Below, one piece after another: positions 1 through 7,491 of a DNA stretch of 32,000 nt. The first letter of the stretch is position 1. Every line of letters starts with the position of its first letter. Made by a program: the position numbers and the translations under genes. Below the pieces are notes generated by a model. It was given only the letters and a program-made list of their open reading frames with translations, was not told where the DNA came from and made no database searches. This DNA comes from Microcystis aeruginosa NIES-843 (GTDB taxonomy: Bacteria; Cyanobacteriota; Cyanobacteriia; Cyanobacteriales; Microcystaceae). The DNA lies in contig NC_010296.1 in NCBI RefSeq assembly GCF_000010625.1, forward strand, positions 3,240,001-3,272,000. The letters are read 5' to 3'.

Positions 1-432
1 TTCGCAGACAAAATTGAATCCTATTTCGTCGAACACCAGCTAGATTATACCGGCGCGGTGATCTATGAGGTAGTGTTAGCAGATCAGGCGATGGCAGAGG
101 AGTTGTATGAATCGATTCAGGAGGAGGAAATCAGCTTTCAGGAAGTAGCGCATCGCTATATCGAGGATGTGGAATTACGACGCAAGGGAGGTTATCGCGG
201 TACTGTTTACCGTAAGGATTTACGACCGAATCTTTCGGCCGCAATTTTCGCCTCGGATTCTTCTCGATTGTTGAAACCGCTGCAAGGCGATCGAGGTTTT
301 CACCTGATTTTTGTCGAGGAAATCCTTAAACCAAAATTAACCGAGGAGTTGGCTCTGAAAATCGGTGTTGATTTGTTTAACGGCTGGGTAAAGGAGAAGA
401 TTCAAGAGATAGAATACGAGTTTAGTAATTAA
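1..432 (+). CDS. PpiC/parvulin-type peptidyl-prolyl cis-trans isomerase, C-terminal part (5' end lies upstream of the window)
   Basis: Frame 1 is open from base 1 (FADKIESYFVEHQLDYTGAV...) into the listed ORF 58..432. It has a rotamase-like block ISFQEVAHRYIED...GGYRGTVYRKDL...GDRGFHLIFVEEI. Stop TAA at 430-432. Confidence 0.7.
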   Translation, partial: FADKIESYFVEHQLDYTGAVIYEVVLADQAMAEELYESIQEEEISFQEVAHRYIEDVELRRKGGYRGTVYRKDLRPNLSAAIFASDSSRLLKPLQGDRGFHLIFVEEILKPKLTEELALKIGVDLFNGWVKEKIQEIEYEFSN

Positions 433-439
433 TTGTGGA

Positions 440-462
440 CGGGGTGGGTAATACTCACCCCG
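440..462 (+). other. GC-rich stem-loop immediately after the PPIase stop codon
   Basis: Arms cggggtgggt / actcaccccg (one mismatch) around a 3-nt loop. There is no T-run, so terminator function is uncertain. It is copied with the PPIase tail at 3258-3280 and 4487-4509. Confidence 0.35.
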
Positions 463-489
463 CAAACATAGTAAGGGAAGATAAGAGTT

Positions 490-687
490 ATGGAATGTGT
501 GATCTGTAAACAAGGCACGACTCGATCGGGTTTCGTAACTGTTACTTTAGAGAGAGATGATTGTATCGTGATTCTAAAACAAGTCCCCGCAGATGTCTGT
601 CAGAATTGCGGGGAGTATTATTTAAGTGAATCCGTAACGGCAGAGGTTTTACAGAATGCTGATCGCCTATTTTGTAGGTTGGGTTGA
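490..687 (+). pseudogene. YgiT/MqsA-N-terminal-type zinc-finger protein, diverged copy with its C-terminus replaced by a repeat/IS insertion
   Basis: MECVICKQG...CQNCGEYY (CxxC...CxxC) aligns with the 74-aa copies at 3308 and 4537 as far as ...AEVLQ. After about 662 the sequence runs into the hairpin repeat (…DRLFCRLG*) in place of AEDAVNKGAEVEIIRYVA. Confidence 0.55.
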
Positions 688-720
688 CAACGGAAACCCA
701 ACATCATCCCCCTATTATTC
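674..720. repeat. REP-like hairpin repeat (GGTTGGGTT-N9-AACCCAAC plus tail catccccctattattc)
   Basis: A near-identical copy lies at 7787-7833 and a related copy at 6901-6945. A second hairpin of the same family lies at 731-760 (gtgttgggtt gcacttcgttt aacccaacc). Confidence 0.8.
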
Positions 721-789
721 TTCATGTTTTGTGTTGGGTTGCACTTCGTTTAACCCAACCTTGTATCTTGAGAAGTAGGCAACCCGTCC

Positions 790-1005
790 CAACCTAGGTA
801 AAAAATACCGCTTTGTAGCTTGGGTGCCTATATTCTGAAAAAGGGCGTGGACATCCAGTTCAACCGAGGTGCTTGACACCGTTGGGTAGCCACCGGAGCC
901 ACGCCGTCATCCCGATGAGACAAGCTCGAACAATCGCTGGAGGATTAACCTCGTATTCGCAAGGACGAGTTACCAAAGGGACAAAATAACTTAACCCCAG
1001 CATAA
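790..1005 (+). ncRNA. Candidate IS110 bridge/guide RNA in the 5' non-coding leader of the transposase
   Basis: About 290 nt of GC-rich non-coding sequence lies upstream of the ATG at 1009. A long-range stem ggcgtgg(845-851)...ccacgcc encloses a large loop, and a further hairpin is cctcgt...acgag. The call is by analogy to IS110/IS621 bridge RNAs only. Confidence 0.25.
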
Positions 1006-1008
1006 ACG

Positions 1009-1945
<937 letters not shown>

Positions 1946-2249
1946 TCCAGTTTTCCGAACAATTTCATCGCTGACAAAACGGATGACTGGTGCCGTTACT
2001 TTGTCTTGCCTATTTGGGGTACAAAAGATTTTCTTTATTCCCCTTGACTTTTAAGACAATCGCTACGGATACGGATTATTTTACTATAAAATTAATACAA
2101 TATGGATTAATAAAATACCAATAATCCGATTATTATTGAGTGAGTTTATTAAGCCTAAAAACCAACAAAGCGATTTTTAATACATACACTTTTAAAAATT
2201 CCTGAATCTATTCATTAACAGGATCCCCAGTTAATTAAAAAAATAAATA

Positions 2250-2475
2250 GTGCTTGCTGAATAATGGTAAAACCCTTTTAAAATAAGGCTTTTGACCTGT
2301 TAAAATCCGATGTTCATGCTGCGAAAATAGGATTGTGACCTTCAAAAACTTGGCATTATCCTTCTTGTGGTACGCAAGCTAGTACAAAAAGGAGGGCAAC
2401 AAAGCCTGAAACGACCGACGACCGGCTACTGAATCCTGACTCCTAACCCCACCAACAAACTTTTTCAGCAAACCC
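2250..2475. mobile_element. 226-bp MITE-like insertion present only in the first spacer copy
   Basis: It is absent from the homologous positions in the two other units (…aaaaataaata|actcaatt…). It is flanked by direct TAAATA (2244-2249 and 2476-2481). Imperfect terminal inverted repeats: gtgcttgctgaa / ttcagcaaaccc. Confidence 0.6.
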
Positions 2476-2635
2476 TAAATAACTCAATTAAGTTAGCTTG
2501 GTTGGTTCTCTTTGCTTCCAACAAGACAGGTTCAGAGTTTTTTGTACATAAATTACTCATTTTTGTTTCTTTAAATAGCTTGGAAGCCCGTTGTTTAATC
2601 GGTTTTGATGATGTTTTTGCAAAAAATAGTCTTTC

Positions 2636-2670
2636 AAAAAGAACATAAATAACTAAATTATGTTCTTTTT
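2636..2670. promoter_or_regulatory. Perfect 12-bp inverted repeat (aaaaagaacata-N11-tatgttcttttt) about 100 nt upstream of each peptide gene
   Basis: Seen at 2636-2670, 3865-3899 and 5094-5128. It could be an operator or an AT-rich terminator for the upstream zf gene. Confidence 0.35.
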
Positions 2671-2771
2671 GTTCGATTTTGATAGTTGATCTGGTGTTGA
2701 AAAATTGTTATGGTTTTCTTGAATCAATAATTTGATTCATTCATTTAGCGAAAATTTGGAGAATACATCTC

Positions 2772-2930
2772 ATGGCTAACATCAAAATCAACGAGCTCAA
2801 AAACACGGTGACTGACGAAATTATCGAGCTTCGCACCGATGCCGCTAACGACAGTCCAGAAAGCATCACCGCTTTTAAAACTTTACGTCAAGTTGCGGGC
2901 GGTACTATGGCTGCCAATTTTTTTTATTAG
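2772..2930 (+). CDS. GG-leader small peptide, copy 1 (52 aa; tail TMAANFFY)
   Basis: Not in the ORF track (<60 aa). GGAGA lies 9 nt upstream of the ATG. Sequence: MANIKINELKNTVTDEIIELRTDAANDSPESITAFKTLRQVAGG-TMAANFFY*. Hydrophobic residues at -4 and -7 relative to GG. Confidence 0.6.
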   Translation: MANIKINELKNTVTDEIIELRTDAANDSPESITAFKTLRQVAGGTMAANFFY

Positions 2931-2998
2931 TTTAAGTTTATTGTTGATTCCCTCGACTAATCCATTCGTTGTTCTTCGCTCGAAATAACTAATGATTT
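2931..2998 (-). pseudogene. ISL3-family transposase C-terminal remnant
   Basis: The reverse strand reads ...QIISYFERRTTNGLVEGINNKLKLIK(K/R), matching the NG.VEG.NNK.K.IKR block of ISL3 transposases. The fragment is only about 25 codons. A second copy lies at 4160-4227. Confidence 0.6.
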
Positions 2999-3186
2999 GG
3001 TTCTTCGTTACTTGGTATGGTTCGATCAGGGGGCATAAATCGGCTAAATCCTTATCTGGCAAGAGACTTAATTGATTAGCTCGTTCTAGATTGAAAACAA
3101 TTGGCAAAAATCGAAGCAATGTCTTTCTATATAAGGGTTTCACTCCTTATAACTCCCGTCCATTGCATAACACAAACCGAAGAACC
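2999..3186 (-). mobile_element. 188-bp ISL3-derived MITE
   Basis: Terminal inverted repeats ggttcttcg...cgaagaacc. The GGCTCTTCG-type terminus is typical of ISL3-family IRs. Same element at 4228-4415, 7834-8021 and 22128-22315. The internal MKPLYRK... ORF is a property of the element. Confidence 0.85.
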
Positions 3187-3250
3187 CGATTTGTTTAACG
3201 CCTGGGTAAAGGAGAAAATTCAGGAAATAGAATACGAGTTAAGTAATTAA
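3187..3250 (+). pseudogene. Fragment of the PPIase gene 3' end (last ~20 codons)
   Basis: gatttgtttaacgcctgggtaaaggagaaaattcaggaaatagaatacgagttaagtaattaa matches 371-432 (…DLFNGWVKEKIQEIEYE..SN*) with a few substitutions. There is no upstream coding continuation because the MITE abuts it. Confidence 0.85.
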
Positions 3251-3307
3251 TTGTGGACGGGGTGGGTTATGCTCACCCCGCAAACATAGTAAGGGAAGAT
3301 AAGAGTT

Positions 3308-3532
3308 ATGGAATGTGTGATCTGTAAACACGGCACGACTCGATCGGATTTTGTTACCGTTACTTTGGAGAGAGATAATTTTATCGTGATTCTAAAACAA
3401 GTCCCTGCGGATATCTGTCAAAATTGCGGGGAGTATTATCTAAGCGAGTCGGTTACGGCAGAGGTTTTACAGAAGGCCGAGGACGCGGTTAATAAAGGTG
3501 CGGAAGTAGAGATTATTCGCTATGTCGCTTAA
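3308..3532 (+). CDS. YgiT/MqsA-N-terminal-type zinc-finger protein (74 aa)
   Basis: CxxC (CVIC) ... CxxC (CQNC) zinc ribbon followed by GEYYLSE, the pattern of YgiT-type zinc-finger domains. No HTH domain follows. Identical copy at 4537..4761. Confidence 0.75.
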   Translation: MECVICKHGTTRSDFVTVTLERDNFIVILKQVPADICQNCGEYYLSESVTAEVLQKAEDAVNKGAEVEIIRYVA

Positions 3533-4000
3533 GTACAATATAAAACTATAAAATTAATACAATATGGATTAATAAAATACCAATAATCCGATTATTATTG
3601 AGTGAGTTTATTAAGCCTAAAAACAAACAAAGGTATTTTTAATACATACACTTTTAAAAATCTCTGAATTTATTTATTAACAGAATTCCCAGTTAATTAA
3701 AAAATAAATAACTCAATTAAGTTGGCTTGGTTGGTTCTCTTTGCTTCCAACAAGACAGGTTCAGAGTTTTTTGTACATAAATTACTCATTTTTGTTTCTT
3801 TAAATAGCTTGGAAGCCCGTTGTTTAATCGGTTTTGATGATGTTTTTGCAAAAAATAGTCTTTCAAAAAGAACATAAATAACTAAATTATGTTCTTTTTG
3901 TTCGATTTTGATAGTTGATCTGGTGTTGAAAAATTGTTATGGTTTTCTTGAATCAATAATTTGATTCATTCATTTAGCGAAAATTTGGAGAATACATCTC

Positions 4001-4159
4001 ATGGCTAACATCAAAATCAACGAGCTCAAAAACACGGTGACTGACGAAATTATCGAGCTTCGCACCGATGCCGCTAACGACAGTCCAGAAAGCATCACCG
4101 CTTTTAAAACTTTACGTCAAGTTGCGGGCGGTACTATTGGTGCCACTTCTTTTTATTAG
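4001..4159 (+). CDS. GG-leader small peptide, copy 2 (52 aa; tail TIGATSFY)
   Basis: Leader and SD are identical to copy 1. Tail codons are act att ggt gcc act tct ttt tat tag. Confidence 0.6.
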   Translation: MANIKINELKNTVTDEIIELRTDAANDSPESITAFKTLRQVAGGTIGATSFY

Positions 4160-4227
4160 TTTAAGTTTATTGTTGATTCCCTCGACTAATCCATTCGTTG
4201 TTCTTCGCTCGAAATAACTAATGATTT
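4160..4227 (-). pseudogene. ISL3-family transposase C-terminal remnant (copy 2)
   Basis: Same sequence as 2931-2998. The reverse strand reads ...NGLVEGINNKLKLIKR. Confidence 0.6.
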
Positions 4228-4415
4228 GGTTCTTCGTTACTTGGTATGGTTCGATCAGGGGGCATAAATCGGCTAAATCCTTATCTGGCAAGAGACTTAA
4301 TTGATTAGCTCGTTCTAGATTGAAAACAATTGGCAAAAATCGAAGCAATGTCTTTCTATATAAGGGTTTCACTCCTTATAACTCCCGTCCATTGCATAAC
4401 ACAAACCGAAGAACC
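4228..4415 (-). mobile_element. 188-bp ISL3-derived MITE (copy in repeat unit 2)
   Basis: Identical to 2999-3186. Confidence 0.85.
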
Positions 4416-4479
4416 CGATTTGTTTAACGCCTGGGTAAAGGAGAAAATTCAGGAAATAGAATACGAGTTAAGTAATTAA
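4416..4479 (+). pseudogene. Fragment of the PPIase gene 3' end (copy 2)
   Basis: Identical to 3187-3250. Confidence 0.85.
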
Positions 4480-4536
4480 TTGTGGACGGGGTGGGTTATG
4501 CTCACCCCGCAAACATAGTAAGGGAAGATAAGAGTT

Positions 4537-4761
4537 ATGGAATGTGTGATCTGTAAACACGGCACGACTCGATCGGATTTTGTTACCGTTACTTTGGAGA
4601 GAGATAATTTTATCGTGATTCTAAAACAAGTCCCTGCGGATATCTGTCAAAATTGCGGGGAGTATTATCTAAGCGAGTCGGTTACGGCAGAGGTTTTACA
4701 GAAGGCCGAGGACGCGGTTAATAAAGGTGCGGAAGTAGAGATTATTCGCTATGTCGCTTAA
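4537..4761 (+). CDS. YgiT/MqsA-N-terminal-type zinc-finger protein (74 aa), second identical copy
   Basis: Identical protein to 3308..3532. Confidence 0.75.
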   Translation: MECVICKHGTTRSDFVTVTLERDNFIVILKQVPADICQNCGEYYLSESVTAEVLQKAEDAVNKGAEVEIIRYVA

Positions 4762-5229
4762 GTACAATATAAAACTATAAAATTAATACAATATGGATTA
4801 ATAAAATACCAATAATCCGATTATTATTGAGTGAGTTTATTAAGCCTAAAAACAAACAAAGGTATTTTTAATACATACACTTTTAAAAATCTCTGAATTT
4901 ATTTATTAACAGAATTCCCAGTTAATTAAAAAATAAATAACTCAATTAAGTTGGCTTGGTTGGTTCTCTTTGCTTCCAACAAGACAGGTTCAGAGTTTTT
5001 TGTACATAAATTACTCATTTTTGTTTCTTTAAATAGCTTGGAAGCCCGTTGTTTAATCGGTTTTGATGATGTTTTTGTAAAAAATAGTCTTTCAAAAAGA
5101 ACATAAATAACTAAATTATGTTCTTTTTGTTCGATTTTGATAGTTGATCTGGTGTTGAAAAATTGTTATGGTTTTCTTGAATCAATAATTTGATTCATTC
5201 ATTTAGCGAAAATTTGGAGAATACATCTC

Positions 5230-5385
5230 ATGGCTAACATCAAAATCAACGAGCTCAAAAACACGGTGACTGACGAAATTATCGAGCTTCGCACCGATGC
5301 CGCCAACGACAGTCAAGAAAGCATTACCGCTTTTAAAACTTTACGTCAAGTAATGGGCGGTCGTGGTCAGTGGCGTCCGAGATAA
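5230..5385 (+). CDS. GG-leader small peptide, copy 3 (51 aa; tail RGQWRPR), in native 3' context
   Basis: Sequence: MANIKINELKNTVTDEIIELRTDAANDSQESITAFKTLRQVMGG-RGQWRPR*. Same GGAGA SD. Stop TAA at 5383-5385. Not in the ORF track. Confidence 0.65.
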   Translation: MANIKINELKNTVTDEIIELRTDAANDSQESITAFKTLRQVMGGRGQWRPR

Positions 5386-5521
5386 TAACAAAATACAGAG
5401 ATTGATCGGTATTTTATCGTTCTCTCTTTTTGATTTCTACGATAGTTCAACAAGTCAAGATACTCCGTTGACTATCGTGGAAATACTAACCAGACAAAGA
5501 TCGCATTTTTCGAGAATATGT

Positions 5522-6880
5522 ATGCTATTTTTAAACGATCTTCCCATTCCTTGGAGTCATCGCCCCTATTTCGATCTTAGTCCCTATCAATCCGGAGCTT
5601 GGCATATTCAAGGAATTGACTATAGCTATCGAAACCTCGTCTCCGAAGTACAAAATGTTGGTACGTCTCTTTCCGTGAACCCAGTTACTCTCGTTCACCC
5701 AGCTTCTTTTCGAGAACAATTAATTCGTGAGACTGGTCTTTTTCAATACTCGATTAAAAATCCTCTCGCTCTCCCCGATGAGTTGAGAACCGAGCGCTGG
5801 AGAGTTCTTTGCTCGCATTTAGTTCATTATCGGGAACTTTCACCCACTACTCAACTGGAAACAATTAATTTATTATCGAGTTTATGCTTTCATGAAGCGA
5901 TTCTTAAATATGTTACTGCGAGTACCGATGAAGACATCACGAGAGATTCCACGATCGCTAAATTAGCTTATAGTCGGGCGATGTCTAAAATCCTCTGTCA
6001 AGAAAGTATTGGCACATCGGAAAATCTTGAAGATTTAAAGCAGCTCGTTCAACACGCTTCTAAAGAAAGCTTCGTGGTTTTCGGGGCGGCCGTAGAACTA
6101 ATCGTTTTACACGCTACTGTATTTCGAGATCTAGCCGCGGTCGCTCATTGGCGAGAAGTGGCAAGCGGAGCGCTCGATCACCTCGAACCTTCCCTCGATC
6201 ATTTCGAGTTCAAACGTTTAACCAGTTTTTACCACCGCGCGGCTGTTTTCGCTCCACTTCTGCTGGGTGAGCGGCAAACAGTTGTCCGTGAAATGGATAT
6301 CTGCCAATCTCTAGCGGAAGAGCTGATCCGCGAGTGCAAAAATGAGACGGAACGAATTTCCGCCCATGACAATCTAACGACGGTTTTCGAGAGCCGAACG
6401 AAAGAAGCCCTCTGGTTGGGTGATATCGATCTCGCCGGAGAGAGAGCGAAGAAAATGGTAGAACTGGAACCTCTCTACTCTCACTATCGCCTACAACTAG
6501 GGGAAGTCTTACTAAAACAAAATAAATTTGAAGAGGCGGCGAAAATCTATCGCTCCGCCACTAGACTCGGCCCGCCTGGAATGGCGATCGCTTGGTTTAT
6601 GGCTGGGCAATGTCACGAACGATTAGGAGAGATAGACATCGCCTGTGATTGCTATCTAGCCTCCGTACAGATGGATGAACTAGCTATCTCCGCCGTGGAG
6701 AAAATTAACAAATTAGCTCCCCGTTTAGGTAACTCGATGCTGACAGATTGGAGTACCGCGCGTCTAGAACAATTACGGGAACAACAGCGAGGTATCGTCT
6801 CTAAAACGAAAACTTCCTATATTCCTGAAGCCGCTTCTGCACTGAAATTAGCGGGTGAACGCGAACTCTCTCAAATTTAA
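5522..6880 (+). CDS. All-helical TPR-containing protein of unknown function (start uncertain: the ORF is open from 5363; candidates are TTG 5402, GTG 5477, ATG 5522)
   Basis: Long ORF with coherent composition. C-terminal TPR-like repeats: AKKMVELEPLYSHYRLQLGEVLLKQNKFEEAAKIYRSATRLGPPGMAIAWFMAGQCHERLGEIDIACDCYLASVQMD. I recognise no catalytic motif or HTH. Confidence 0.7.
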   Translation: MLFLNDLPIPWSHRPYFDLSPYQSGAWHIQGIDYSYRNLVSEVQNVGTSLSVNPVTLVHPASFREQLIRETGLFQYSIKNPLALPDELRTERWRVLCSHLVHYRELSPTTQLETINLLSSLCFHEAILKYVTASTDEDITRDSTIAKLAYSRAMSKILCQESIGTSENLEDLKQLVQHASKESFVVFGAAVELIVLHATVFRDLAAVAHWREVASGALDHLEPSLDHFEFKRLTSFYHRAAVFAPLLLGERQTVVREMDICQSLAEELIRECKNETERISAHDNLTTVFESRTKEALWLGDIDLAGERAKKMVELEPLYSHYRLQLGEVLLKQNKFEEAAKIYRSATRLGPPGMAIAWFMAGQCHERLGEIDIACDCYLASVQMDELAISAVEKINKLAPRLGNSMLTDWSTARLEQLREQQRGIVSKTKTSYIPEAASALKLAGERELSQI

Positions 6881-6900
6881 ATCAAGGCGATCGCCGATCT

Positions 6901-6945
6901 GGTAGGTTGGGTTGACGCAAGGAAACCCAACAATTCCCCTAAAAC
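6901..6945. repeat. REP-like hairpin repeat (ggttgggtt gacgcaagg aaacccaac)
   Basis: Same family as 674-720 and 7787-7833. It lies 20 nt after the TPR gene stop and may double as its terminator hairpin. Confidence 0.7.
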
Positions 6946-7143
6946 TTACCGAAAACTCAATTAGGCAAAATCGTCTTACCACAGAAGTGATGCAAGAAAC
7001 TCAGATAGAGTTTGTTCGCTCCTATATTGATGCGGGTGAGTGTGGACTGACCCTGCTAAATAGACCTCTCCAATAATTGTCAAAATAAGAGATGAAGCCC
7101 TGACTAAGAGCTTATCAAAAATCTTTTCTGGAGAGGTATAATA

Positions 7144-7491
7144 GTGAAGAATCAACAGTTGGTAGCCACTAAGGCTGTTGATAAAGTGGATGATGTGACT
7201 AATGTGAATGACCCATATAATATTGCCAAACAAGGGGGTAAGCACTCTGGATTCTATAACGAATATGCCAAAAAGCCAGACTCTCAAATCCGAAAAGGAA
7301 TTGAATCTATAAACAAGCAAATTTCTGAACATCAAAAAAAGATTGAAGCTCCCCAAAAATTTATACCTGATTTTGATAATCTTGATCCTAGACAGCAAAA
7401 AGCTCTTCCCGATAAATGGCAAAGTGACATAAATCGGCAGAGCGAGCAAAAGACTATACTAGAAGGCCTACTCAAGGAGAGAGGACTATGA
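7144..7491 (+). CDS. Hypothetical charged 115-aa protein (possible orphan toxin-like module)
   Basis: GTG start preceded by GGAGAGG. Hydrophilic, helical sequence ...QGGKHSGFYNEYAKKPDSQIRKGIESINKQISEHQKKI...LDPRQQKALPDKWQSDINRQSEQ. It is preferred over the low-complexity antisense ORF 6976..7449. ATGA overlap with the next gene. Confidence 0.55.
   Translation: MKNQQLVATKAVDKVDDVTNVNDPYNIAKQGGKHSGFYNEYAKKPDSQIRKGIESINKQISEHQKKIEAPQKFIPDFDNLDPRQQKALPDKWQSDINRQSEQKTILEGLLKERGL

Larger units (their letters stand above)
2931..4159 (+). repeat. 1229-bp tandem repeat unit 1 (ISL3 remnant, MITE, PPIase tail, zf gene, AT-rich spacer, peptide gene)
   Basis: By eye, 2931-4159 and 4160-5352 are virtually identical at offset 1229. 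2476-2930 is also near-identical to 3705-4159. The units differ in a 4-substitution cluster in the peptide tail. Confidence 0.9.
4160..5352 (+). repeat. 1229-bp tandem repeat unit 2 (right end decays into unique sequence inside the third peptide gene)
   Basis: Offset-1229 identity with unit 1. Substitutions accumulate from about 5290 onward and similarity ends just after cgtcaagt (about 5352). Confidence 0.9.

Noticed and set aside
2907-2921. Diversity-generating retroelement as the cause of the peptide-tail variation
   Set aside because: The four differences (g/t, c/g, a/c, t/c) are not adenine-specific on either strand, and no reverse transcriptase or template repeat is present in the window.
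2883-3143. 86-aa ORFs MKPLYRKTLLRFLPIVFNLERANQ... (also 4112..4372 and the start of 22171..22539)
   Set aside because: The reading frame runs through the 188-bp MITE, into the ISL3 remnant, and then antisense through the peptide tail. It is a by-product of the mobile element, not an independent gene.
3705-3794. 29-aa reverse-strand ORF (MSNLCTKNSEPVLLEAKRTNQANLIELFIF) inside the AT-rich spacer
   Set aside because: No Shine-Dalgarno sequence and nothing distinguishes it from chance in AT-rich DNA. It was noted only because it is conserved along with the whole repeat.
5363-5521. N-terminal 53 codons of the listed 505-aa ORF (GTG start overlapping the peptide gene)
   Set aside because: The GTG at 5363 lies inside the third peptide gene in another frame. 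A downstream start (5402, 5477 or 5522) is more plausible, though I cannot decide between them from sequence alone.
6976-7449. 157-aa reverse-strand ORF
   Set aside because: It is a low-complexity, hydrophobic, Phe/Leu/Ile-rich translation of an AT-rich segment. It lies antisense to a better-supported plus-strand gene that has an SD and translational coupling.
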